Source of the DNA: Dicyema japonicum
Lineage: Eukaryota > Animalia > Dicyemida
DNA: 64,000 bases
Direction: 5' to 3'
Assembly (NCBI GenBank): GCA_011109175.1
Contig: RDEW01000019.1
Coordinates: forward strand, 993,701-1,057,700
In this document: positions 52,342-64,000 of the stretch, in pieces
Numbering within the stretch: the stretch's first letter is position 1
Layout: each line of letters opens with the position of its first letter
Position numbers and translations under genes: made by a program
The notes under the pieces: generated by a model
Seen by the model: only the letters and a program-made list of their open reading frames with translations
Told to the model about the DNA's origin: nothing
The model's database searches: none

Positions 52342-55300
52342 CTTTAGATTATTAAATTAATAACGAGTAAATTAATTAATTAAGCGTATTTTAATCCAGA
52401 TTGTTGGTAATCCCTCTTCTTCTCGTAGAAGAAGAGTGTGCCATAACCTCCCTGTTACTCCGCATCTCCACATCAGATTCAGTCAAAATATCTCCGTTAG
52501 AGTCTAGTGGGCTGTCCCCACGGCATGCCAGTTCCACAAGTTGGGAGGTATCAGAGGCGTACTCTTCATCGTATACCTTCATCCCATGCTTATGTTCAAT
52601 GAGCATACTTTCGAGCGTTCTTTTCAGCACAACCGATTGGATGTAAGTCCTCGTTGATTCTTCAATAGATAATTCATCCATATGATTCTTGAAGCATCTT
52701 GAAACAACTCCATCCCATGTCAAAACCACTGGAATAATCTTCACTTGGCATTCATAGAGCAGCGATAGTTCATTTGCAGGCAAGTCATATTTGTGAAGTT
52801 ACTCAACTTCAACTTGCTTTAGTCGGTCTTGTGAGGTAAACCCCACTTCAATTAAAGTTACTTCTTTCTTTGTTTTGTCATGCACAAAAATATCAGGTTT
52901 ATTTTATTGTAATTTTGATTCTGTCAAAATCGACGTGTCAACTCTAATTTCGACGTTTTGATTAGTCAATATTGACTGAAGCGAATGTCCTTTCAATTTC
53001 CTGCTTTTTTTGATTCCATAAATTCGACAAAGATGAAGATGGATGCACTTCACCACTTCATTATTTCTTCGGAGATATTAGCATTTTTCCACACTGAGTG
53101 GCCAAATGATCAACAGTTTTCTTGCTTTTTTTACAATGGTTGCATAATGACCCTGTGTGTGCAAAAAACAAATTCCTATTTTGCAAAAGACAGTACAATG
53201 CTTTGCTCCGTGGGCCGTTATTTCCTTTGGATAACCATTCTGAGGAAGTATATAGGTCGATATTTGTTTCATTAATACATTTGAACATAATTGAGTGTAG
53301 TGTTTTGCAATAAATTTTATTTAATAAATATTTTTTCTGAGTGTCCTTGAAAGAGTTAACATCCATGCTATCCCTGTCGGCAATTGCATTTTTAGAGGCA
53401 AGAAATCCTGCGATATTAGCCAAGTGCTATTTTTTTGTTTTTATTACTCGCAGAATTCCCGACCTTCGCAAATACACAGTCGACTGTTTTTCCAAACTTT
53501 TAATAACAGGAAATGGATTAATTCGCTCTTTAATGAAATCGAGGAAAGTCCTCTTCCAAAAGTCTTCCTGTCCAAATACAGTCTCTTTATTTGCAGGTTT
53601 GAGGTGCAACTTGAGTGACGTAAGCAGTTGGCGTATTTTTGGTCAATATCATCAAATTCGTATGGTTCAATATTAATTAATCATATATAATAGTTAGGGA
53701 CATTGCGTATTTATTTATTGCACGAAATAAGTTCACAGAATTTAACTTTGTTTTTGAAAGCATGGTTATTCTCTTCTTAACATTTTCAAGTATGGACTCC
53801 ACAACTTTACTTTTAAGAACATTACTTCCTCATCTTCAAAAACACCCAAATATCGATATCCACTGACTCCTTCCAGAGTCTCACAACATGATAACGATTT
53901 AACATTAGAAGTGACTTTTCCGAATTCATCTCCAAGCCGGCAACATGAAAGAAATCGCGAACAACTTCATCATTTTAATAACAGTATCTTCTTTTAGCCC
54001 AAATATCTTTAGGTCATCAATGAATAAGTCAGTGTATTAGGATCCTCCTGATTAATTTGGAGTCTTGGGAACATAGAAGTTAAGGGTCCTACTCAAGGGG
54101 GGATAATAAATCTCCTTGCAAATTCCACATCCCAGCTTTACAGAACCAATTCTTCTTCCATCTAAGTGGAGATTTACAGTCCACTTCTTGACTATGGTTT
54201 TTACAAAGTTAACAATCCAACGGAGTATTCCTGAACAATCCAATACATGAAATAAAAATTCATGATCAACAGAATCGAAGGCCTTCTTCACATCCACCCA
54301 AGCAGAATAAAGGGCGTTTCCATACTCCTTATTTAAGCATTGATTAATAAGGACCTGTTCCTCAGCGCCCTGACAATGTTTCCTCGTTCCCAGCTGATTG
54401 TCAGATAATAGACCAAACGAATCGACAAAATCTGAGAGTTTGGAATTAACACATTTGGTAATAAGTTTATATAAAGTTGGCATACACGTTGTATGACGTA
54501 AGTCTTAGGAGTCTCACAATCATCCTTTTTAGGAATTAAATAGGTTATTCCAGTATAAAACCAACTTTCAGGCATATATTCCCATTAATAATTCGGTTAA
54601 TCTCATTACATAAAAAGCCATGTAAAGATTCCATTTTCTTAATAAAGAAGTTATATGAGCCATTGCATCCACACGCCTTCCAATCGGGAGCCATTTAATA
54701 ACATCCAGGATAAACTCATTTGTGAACTCTGGCAACATGCCTTCAATACCAGTATTTACTTTACCCACACTGTCATATGGCACGTGCATCTCTTTTCTTT
54801 TAGACCAACTTTTTCCCAAACGACATACAATCCTCATCATCGAAACCATATAACGTTACTTCATTTTGCTGATAGGTTCCGATAAAATCTTTTCGATTTA
54901 ATTCAAAACAACAGTTGTCCTTGCGAAAGTCCTTCCTCGAATGATGTACAGCTATTTGCTTCTTCTTAATTCTGACAAGGTCACATAGTAGAGCCTCAAT
55001 CCTGGCAACCTCCCCTTTTTTGGCCTTTTGTATCTATGGCCACAAATAATATCCATAACCTTATGTTTTTCATACACAGGAGAGCTTGTCTGGAAAAGCG
55101 ATTGACAAGTTCTAGTTCTGTAATCAGCTTTGAGATTTTCTTTTCAGTGTTCTCCAACCACGTACTGTGCGGTTTAACCTTCGCAGTTAAAGTCATATAA
55201 GCACATTGTGCAGCATATAGAATATCAGTAATTTGATATCTTGAGGCGGATTATCTTTCGTAATATAATATATTGCAGAATTTAGTCACGAAAAAACATT

Positions 55301-55521
55301 AACTCTGACATACTTTCTCTGAATTTTGGGTGTTGGTTTTCGAGTGTCCCTCGGAATTGAATTAATTTTCTCAATTTGTACTTTTAGTTCCTCAAGGCAA
55401 ATTCTGAACGTGGAAATTTTTACATTAGTATTATTTTGCACTTTGAAACATTCGCCTCCTTTTACATTGTTATTCCGATTTTCAAGTTTCAGCATCTTTT
55501 TTAGCTGATAAATCTTGGAGT
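52342..55521 (-). mobile_element. R4-like family A, left-arm copy lacking the first ~330 bp
   Basis: Mirror of 57660-60850; homology stops abruptly at 55521. Confidence 0.9.
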
Positions 55522-56604
55522 CTAAGCCAAGGTTTTCGGGACTGGAATATCAACAGCTGTAGCATTGTGGATTTCAGCAAAGATTCAAAATTCAAGGACT
55601 ATTTTTGGTATTGAGCTCACCAGCATATTCGACATTGTCAGTTGTGGAAACTCAATGAAGAGACTGTTGATATCCCATTCCTGAAACACCAAGTATTGCC
55701 ACTCCTCTTGGATTCGATTAAGTCATCAGGGCAAGTTCTTCCGCAGGGTATTTATAAGGATCAAAAAAAAGCAGGTTTTTCAATCAGTCCAGTTGGTTTA
55801 GTTGCTTTCAGGACTGATATTTATACTCTTTTTCTAAGCTTTGAAAAGTTCGTGTTCTCTATCATATCATTCAGTAATCTTGAAAGTTCCTCTGGAAGTT
55901 TAGCTTAAATTTTTAACATTTCTAGGATATGTTGTCTGGTCACTGAAAGAGACCAAATTTGAGCTTCTTCATTATTCCGGAGACCTCCTGTGATAAGAGT
56001 TTGTTGTCTGACCTGAAATCTGATTTCTTTCCTTTCACATAGAAGAGTTTAAAAATGCGATGCGACGAACTATGTCTGTTGGGGCAGCATTTTGTTGTTT
56101 ATGTCATCCGGAATGTTAGAATTGGGTGTTACACAGGAACAATTCAAAGGCCATAGTAGAAATATACTAGAGCAGTGCAAAATTAGTTCCCTTTTCTATA
56201 TGGTCCAATAAACCTAACTTCCATAATTTAATAGAAAAACCCACGTTTTACATAAAGGTGGCTTCTTTACAATAGTCGTATAATCTATTATGAAGCGATT
56301 TATCTACTCATATAGGTAATGATATTTACCTCCCACACATATCGGCCGCTTTCTTCAGCACAATCTAGAGTGTCACGATTCTATTTCAACTAGCTCGTGG
56401 TTCCTTTCAAAAGGAACAAAAAATTAAAATTTCCAATAAAAAAGGTTTTATTTATTTTCTGCTTTAATTAGAATCACAATTCTACACGGCCTTATGTCAC
56501 AGTAGCTACGCGTTACCGAGCGATACGCGTTTATATTCCATTAAGTCCATCCATTCTACCAATTTTACGACTATGTTTTAATGATTTCAGATTTAATAAT
56601 TATA

Positions 56605-56800
56605 TCATTATTATTAGCACTTTCACGAGAGCCATAATATTTATAGCATGTGCCAGCAAAAATATAAGAGAGCTACGTTGTTCCAGACTTTCTGTTCTGA
56701 GCTAGATCCCTCAGTGTGTCAGGTAATCAGATGCCAATGTTTTTCTTTACGCCTTTCAGATCGCCTTGTAAAACGGGAGGGTATTGATCATCGGATTGAA
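56605..56800 (-). mobile_element. RTE 3' end in the palindrome spacer
   Basis: Homologous to 38130-38290, ending GTGAAAGTGCTAATAATAATG. Confidence 0.75.
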
Positions 56801-57327
56801 ATTGATGTATTTCTAACTCATAAAATGTTATATAAAATCATGGATTAAGACAGATATAAAAATTAAACTTTCAAATCTCACACCCAGAAACGCCACGTGC
56901 ATATATCATCACAAATCAATATTAAATCTATATTTATTCGAAATACAGGAAACGTTTATTTGGATTCTTTATGATTTTCACATTTTCCACATATTTCATC
57001 AAATGAAATTAAAAGCCATCCAGCATGAGGTAATCTTGTGAATCTTGACTGAGCAGCTCGGAAAACCTAAAATTTGTCAACATTGGTTTGACAATTCTAC
57101 TGTAACACTGGATTTGAATATCAAATTTCCTATATGCAACACAATCCTTATACTGCTGCGCTTACATTACTTTTGTTTTCTCAATTGAATTCTTAAGTCC
57201 AAAAGACATGTCCCACTAAGCTCAGTATAAACAAGGAGGCTCATCACCACAAGAAATAACAAAATTTTAATCATAATGGTGCAAAACCCATGATGTTATT
57301 ATAAACCATCTTTATAATAAAATTTAT

Positions 57328-60300
57328 GATTGATAATGTTGTGGTGTGACATGTCCGTTTCTAATCATACCGAGAAATCGAATCCTATGGGTCTTCCTGC
57401 AAAATCAAATAAAGAAGTTAGTATAGTAGAAGCAGGACCGCCGTCTGTGGGCTGGATAATGTCACAAGAACTAATATCAACATCGTTGGGAATATTGGTG
57501 CCAAAACCAACTTGCATTCACTATCTGCCATTATTGAAGAGGTCTACTGTGTCTCTGAAGCTGAGTTTGTATCTCAGATTTTTCTTGCCACGAAACAAAG
57601 ATTTGGAAGGATACCTAGAGGTGGCTGGAACCTCGTACTTAAAAAGTTCAATGAAAAGTACTCCAAGATTTATGTCAGCTAAAAAAGATGCTGAAACCTG
57701 AAAATCGGAATAACAATGTAAAAGGAGGCGAATGTTTCAAAGTGCAAAATAATACTAATGTAAAAATTTCCACGTTCAGAATTTGCCTTGAGGAACTAAA
57801 AGTACAAATTGAGAAAATTAATTCAATTCCGAGGGACACTCGAAAACCAACACCCAAAATTCAGAGAAAGTATGTCAGAGTTAATGTTTTTTCGGGACTA
57901 AATTCTGCAATATATTATATTACGAAAGATAATCCGCCTCAAGATATCAAATTACTGATATTCTATATGCTGCACAGTGTGCTTATATGACTTTAACTGC
58001 GAAGGTTAAACCGCACAGTACGTGGATTGGAGAACACTGAAAAGAAAATCTCAAAGCTGATTACAGAACTAGAACTTGTCAATCGCTTTTCCAGACAAGC
58101 TCTCCATTTGTATGAAAAACAAAAGGTTATGAATGTTCTTTGTGCCTATCGATACAAAAGAGCCAAAAAGGGGAGGTTGCCAGGATTGAGGCTCTACTAT
58201 GTGACTTGTCAGAATTAAGAAGAAGCAAATAGCTGTACATTATTCGTGGAAGGACTTTCGCAAGGACAACTGTTGTTTTGAATTAAATCGAAAAAGATTT
58301 TATCGGAACCTATCAGCAAAAAATAAAGTAACGTTATATGGTTTCGATTATGAGGATTGCATGTCGTTCTGGGAAAAAGTTGGTCTAAAAGAAAAGAGAT
58401 GCACGTGCCATATGACAGTGTGGGTAAAGTAAATACTGGTATTGAAGGCATGTTGCCAGAGTTCACAAATGAGTTTATCCTGGATGTTATTAAATGGCTC
58501 CCCGATTGGAAGGCGTGTGGATGCGATGGCTATATAACTTCTTTATTAAGAAAATGGAATCTTTACATGGCTTTTTATGTACTGAGATTAACCGAATTAT
58601 TAATGGAGAATATATGCCTGAAAGTTGGTTTTATACTGGAATAACCTATTTAATTCATAAAAAGGATGATTGTGAGACTCCTAGAGACTTACGTCCTATA
58701 ACGTGTATGCCAACTTTATATAAACTTATTACCAAATGTGTTAATTCCAAACTCTCAGATTTTGTCTATTCGTTTGGGCTATTATCTGACAATCAGCTGG
58801 GAACAGGAAACATTGCAGGGCGCTAAGGAACAGGCCTTTATTAATCAATGCTTAAATAAGGAGTATGGAAACGCCCTTTATGCTACTTGGGTTGATGTGA
58901 AGAAGGCCTTTGATTCTGTTGACCATGAATTTTTATTTCATGTATTGGACTGCTCAGGAATACCCCGTTGGATTGTTAACTTTGTAAAGACCATAGTCAA
59001 GAAATGGACTGTAAATCTCCACTTTGTTGGAAAAAGAACTGGTTCTGTAAAACTGGGACGTGGAATTCTGCAAGGAGATTCATTATCCCCCTTGAGTAGG
59101 ACCCTTAATTCTATGTTCCCAACACTCAAATTAATCAGGAGGATCCTAATACACTGACTTATTAATTGATGACCTAAAGATATTTGGGCTAAAAGAAGAT
59201 ACTGCTATTAAAATGTGAAAGTTGTTCGCGATTTCTTTCATGTTGCAGGCTTGGATAAATTCGGAAAAGTCATTTTCTAATGTAAATCGTTATCACGTTG
59301 TGAGACTCTGGAAGGAGTCAGTGGATATCGATATTTGGGTGTTTTTGAAGACGAAGGAAGTAATGTTCTTAAAAGTAAAGTTGTGGAGTCCATACTTGAA
59401 AATGTTTAAAGAGAATAACCATGCTTTCAAAAACAAAGTTAAATTCTGTGAACTTATTTCGTGCAATAAATAATACGCAATGTCCCTAACTATTATATAT
59501 GATTAATTAATATTGAACCATACGAATTTGATGATATTGACCAAAAAATACGCCAACTGCTTACGTCACTCAAGTTGCACCTCAAACCTGCAAATAAAGA
59601 GAGACTGTATTTGGACAGGAAGACTTTTGGAAGAGGACTTTCTTCGATTTCATTAAAGAGCGAATTAATCCATTTCCTGTTTTAAAAGTTTGGAAAAACA
59701 GTCGACTGTGTGTTTGCGAAGGTCGGGAATTCTGCGAGTAATAAAAACAAAAAAATAGCACTTGGCTAAAATCGCAGGATTTCTTGCCTCTAAAAATGCA
59801 ATTGCCGACAGGGATAGCATGGATGTTAACTCTTTCAAGGACACTCAGAAAAAATATTTATTAAATAAAATTTATTGCAAAACACTACACTCAATTATGT
59901 TCAAATGTATTAATGAAACAAATATCGACCTATATACTTCCTCAGAATGGTTATCCAAAGGAAATAACGGCCCACGGAGCAAAGCATTGTACTGTCTTTT
60001 GCAAAATAGGAATTTGTTTTTTGCACACACAAGGTCATTATGCAACCATTGTAAAAAAAGCAAGAAAACTGTTGATCATTTGGCCACTCAGTGTGGAAAA
60101 ATGCTAAATAGTGATTATCTCCGAAGAAATAATGAAGTGGTGAAGTGCATCCATCTTCATCTTTGTCGAATTTATGGAATCAAAAAAGCAGGAAATTGAA
60201 AGGACATTCGCTTCAGTCAATATTGACTAATCAAAACGTCGAAATTAGAGTTGACACGTCGATTTTGACAGAATCAAAATTACAATAAAATAAACCTGAT

Positions 60301-60850
60301 ATTTTTGTGCATGACAAAACAAAGAAAGAAGTAACTTTAATTGAAGTGGGGTTTACCTCACAAGACCGACTAAAGCAAGTTGAAGTTGAGTAACTTCACA
60401 AATATGACTTGCCTGCAAATGAACTATCGCTGCTCTATGAATGCCAAGTGAAGATTATTCCAGTGGTTTTGACATGGGATGGAGTTGTTTCAAGATGCTT
60501 CAAGAATCATATGGATAAATTATCTATTGAAGAATCAACGAGGACTTACATCCAATCGGTTGTGCTGAAAAGAACGCTCGAAAGTATGCTCATTGAACAT
60601 AAGCATGGGATGAAGGTATACGATGAAGAGTACGCCTCTGATACCTCCCAACTTGTGGAACTGGCATGCCGTGAGGACAGCCCACTAGACTCTAACGGAG
60701 ATATTTTGACTGAATCTAATGTGGAGATGCGGAGTAACAGGGAGGTTATGGCACACTCTTCTTCTACGAGAAGAAGAGGGATTACCAACAATCTGGATTA
60801 AAATACGCTTAATTAATTAATTTACTCGTTATTAATTTAATAATCTAAAG
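57328..60850 (+). mobile_element. Full-length R4-like RLE retrotransposon (family A, 3.5 kb), frameshifted
   Basis: ATG at 57351; RT (LRPITCMPTLYKL, WVDVKKAFDSVDH, GILQGDSLSP); CNHC...VDHLATQC; YLRRNNEVV; KPDIFVHD...IEVG. 13-bp TSD TAATAAAATTTAT at 57315-57327 and 60851-60863. Confidence 0.92.
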
Positions 60851-61740
60851 TAATAAAATTTATCTTTGTATTCGACTTATAATCTTTGACCCCAAAGCTA
60901 TGTTTTTGAGCTTTAAAATTTACGTTTTAAATCGATTTAACTAAAATATGAATTTACAATAAATTATAAAACTCCATAATTTTGAGCTATTTTTGACAAA
61001 TTCCCGTTATACCTTTTCACTTAATGTTGTGGAGTGTTTGAGTATGCAGAAAATCAAAAAAGTAGAAAGGAACATTCAGTCATTACATCAATATTGCATA
61101 TAATATTTTGAAAATAGAAATATTCGTATATAATAGGATTACAAATGAGATATCCCTCATTGAAATTACGTCACAGGATTATATAAAACAGGGTTGAATG
61201 TTACAAGTATGAATTTTTATTGGAGGACTCTCGCTTATTTACGACTCTTATTTACTTCTATGGTTAGGACCTGAGATGTAGTTGTCTCAAAGTACCTCAA
61301 GAATTATAAGTATTAATGAATAAACGATAGTGGTTGTACATAAACATGGATTCAAGGTATCAGATAGAGTTCTTCTCTATTTTAACCACCTTATAAAGTG
61401 GCATAAGTTGGATATGGAGGATGAGTTGGCAGTTCTAATCTACTCTAATGAATAGCTGTAATAGCAATTAATATCTTATATGGAATATCTGATTTGTCTA
61501 TTAAAGGCACTGTTATTGCATTTAAGACAAAAAAGTAAATGATCAAAGCTCTATGTTCGTTACACTATTAGAGAATATTATTTATATTAAAGACACAACA
61601 TTATAGTCGTCTATAAGACCAAATCATAGTGTTTACTGAAAAAACAAAGTTAAGATAACTTTATAAGTTGAATAGTAAACAACAAATTTTATTAAGCAAA
61701 GCACATTAAAGCAAAATAAGCATAAAAGCTTTCAAATATT

Positions 61741-61997
61741 CTAACTGGAAGGAGATTTCCAGGAAGAGTTGTGAGGGATATTTTCAAGGGTGGCATGCTG
61801 AGATCCAGTCGAATTCTTCAAAAACGAGTCCCTGTCCATTTCTGGTTGTACCTTAGACATGGCCATGTTGTAATCTCCTGAATCGAAGAACTTTTTCTCT
61901 GCACTTTGTCTCCTCTCAAACGATTGATTCTTCACTGGACTTCCATTAGTATCTCTAAAATTATTTTTATGAATTTTTACGTCACACCACCGGGCAT
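61741..61997 (-). CDS. ENSA: Endosulfine/ARPP19 (PP2A-B55 inhibitor), intact copy; join(61997..61981, 61954..61741)
   Basis: 26-nt GT-AG intron 61955-61980; MPGGVTDTNGSPVKNQSFERRQSAEKKFFDSGDYNMAMSK...SS*; FDSGDY is the family signature. Confidence 0.85.
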
Positions 61998-62668
61998 TTT
62001 AACAATAAAATAAATTTTTATCGTAAAGTATTTTATTTATTTCATGATGTTAACTGATTTTTAATTTAATTTTCAATATAATTAAAATCATCCATAAATC
62101 ATATATAATAATAATTTTATACGTTTTATAATTTTAATTTTTTTTACACTAAAAATAATTAATAGGTTAATTCTAATTAAGATGTTCTCTATCCAATTCG
62201 TTTCCTTTTTCGAGTAACTATGGGAGTAAACCCAATTGTCACGGTCATTTTCCTTTTCCTCAATATATCTTGACATCACTTCGCTCACACTCTTCTCTTG
62301 AATTACTTCATAATCAGACGGAGAGTAAATATCCTTTATTCCTTCATTAAGTTTATCAAAACGCCGCGAAACGTCGACTTGGTGCTTACATGATATAATC
62401 ATACTCTCCAAAGTCTTCTTGATTACCAGCGTTTGAACACACGCATACGTTATTTCACTTATATACAAAGATCTGGCATACTTCCACGAATGTGAAGTCA
62501 CTAGGTCATCCCAGGTGAGGATTTATTTTTCATTAAAAATTATTTATTTCTAACGGCTTTACAACGTTTTCAAAGGCTCGTATTCAACCTGGGCTCGTAT
62601 TCAACCGGTCACATTTATTAATTAATCTAGTTTTATCTTTTGCTATAGTTTCAGGTGAGACTCTAAAA

Positions 62669-63020
62669 CAGAGGTTCCCACCTGGGTTCCGCGAAGTTCC
62701 AAAAAAATTATTCTTTTTTCAAAAAATAAATTTTCAAGAAGATTTGACATTTCCAATCTTATAAATTCATATTTTGAGGATATAAAGTTTGGATTGGAAT
62801 AAATGTGTGGGTATCTGCACTGATGGTGCTCCAGCAATAACTGGGCAATGTAAAGGCTTTGTTTATGTTGGGAAAAATAAGAACCCGAACATTGTTCACA
62901 CGCATTGTTTTCTTCATCGAGATCGCAATGGTCGCAAAAACATTCCTTGGTTCTCCCTCTACGATTAGTTATAGTAGCTGTTCTTTGCTTAAATAAAGTA
63001 TGTGTTATGCACGAGCGAAA
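62669..63020 (+). pseudogene. hAT remnant, right arm
   Basis: Mirror of 50170-50525. Confidence 0.75.
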
Positions 63021-63089
63021 CACTAGGCGTTTTACGTGCTTATGGCAACGTGGTAGTGCTTACTTTTTTTAAACAATTCACATCAAATT

Positions 63090-64000
63090 ATTATTAAAAA
63101 CCAAAAGTCACCGACAAATTAATTAACTACATAGCCGTCAGGTGATTCCAGCCGCCTCGAGTAGCCATCTCATTCTTGCTATGTTCTTGCTGGGTTCCTA
63201 CGCATTTCCAGATTGGGCGAGGGTTTCTAACTTTTTTGGAGGGTAGTAAGGCTCCGGTTTTCCTCACTAATTCCTCAAAGGGTGTAGGGCTTAGAGGTTT
63301 CCAAGAAAACCTTTGCAAAGCCTTAAGGCCATTTTTTGGAAGATTTTGATTTTTTCTATATTCCTGTTTGATAGGTTGGTTCCCCATGCAGCACACCCGT
63401 AAGTTAGAGACGGTTGAATATACTGCACGTAGAGCGAGTCCAAATTTGAGTTGAAACACCCATTATATTGTCCAAGGAGTGTTTTAACAAAATTTAGCTT
63501 TCGTTGTGCCTAAGAGATGACGTTGTCGATGTGTTTGCTGAAGGTCAAGAGTCGGTCGTAAGTTACGCCCAGTATCTTGACCGAGTTGGTCGTGGGGATT
63601 GAGTTCCATTTATGGTTACACATGGAGCGGAGTTTGTTAATCTTCTGTTTGTTGCGAAAATTGTTGTATAAGACTTTTCGGGACTTGTATGTAAAATGTT
63701 CTTAACGAGCCAACAGTTCAGATCGTCCAATAAAGCTTGATCGGTAAACAGCAGTATTAACGCACTGGTCTTTGACTGCGACGATTATATCATCAGCATA
63801 TGTCAAAACCAGAGTATCGTCACTGGTATGAGAGGGCATATCATTAAAGAATAGGTTGAATAGGTGGAGATCCTCGAGGGACTCCATTTGGATGGAACTT
63901 GGTCACTGATTTAGTTTTTCCAGCAGTTACTCTTCCTCTTCTTCCATTTAGGAAATTAGCGATCCAGATTTTCAGGTTATTTGGAATTTTTGACGTAAAG
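63090..64000 (-). mobile_element. Vingi/Ingi-like LINE 3' part, right arm
   Basis: Mirror of 49185-50108. Confidence 0.88.

Larger units (their letters stand above)
49185..64000. repeat. Large inverted duplication: 49185-55521 vs 57660-64000, spacer ~2.1 kb
   Basis: Paired ORFs on opposite strands (e.g. 52391-52783 / 60409-60801, 49737-50069 / 63127-63459). Window end 64000 pairs with 49185; arms differ by scattered substitutions and indels. Confidence 0.95.

Noticed and set aside
60960-61700. Possible host gene convergent with ENSA within the palindrome arms
   Set aside because: Only short open stretches (about 45 codons at most), and no consistent intron model or recognisable motif.

Overview
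AT-rich eukaryotic genomic DNA, almost certainly from an animal (it encodes a PLC-gamma with two SH2 domains), with miniature GT-AG introns. About 28 were reconstructed by hand, nearly all 20-27 nt. A dicyemid- or myxozoan-like reduced parasite is my best guess; this is inference only. Host genes are few: PP1 inhibitor-2 (4.3 kb), actin (8-9 kb), a compact PLC-gamma with about 19 introns (17.5-20.8 kb), an orphan secreted-looking gene directly upstream of it, and two copies of endosulfine/ARPP19. The rest is mostly decayed mobile elements. Non-LTR retrotransposons of four groups are present (R4-like RLE, CRE RLE with an N-terminal PHD finger, RTE, and Vingi/Ingi-like APE with a 2A-like peptide), plus a tRNA-derived SINE and DNA transposon remnants (an intron-containing Ginger/integrase-type DDE, hAT, MULE, Tc1). 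Larger structures are a 16 x ~168-bp satellite (33.6-36.3 kb) and an inverted duplication with arms of at least 6.3 kb (49.2-55.5 vs 57.7-64 kb). The least expected patterns are a recurrent 3' stem-loop + GG(GG)TT + (TAA)n tail on more than 10 retroelement ends and the SINE, a TSD-flanked 485-bp mini-RTE with an intact fused ORF, and a PLC-gamma that appears to have lost both the cSH2 phosphotyrosine arginine and its ligand linker. Three single-N joins flanked by duplicated sequence show assembly artefacts are present. All alignments were done by eye; no database searches were run.
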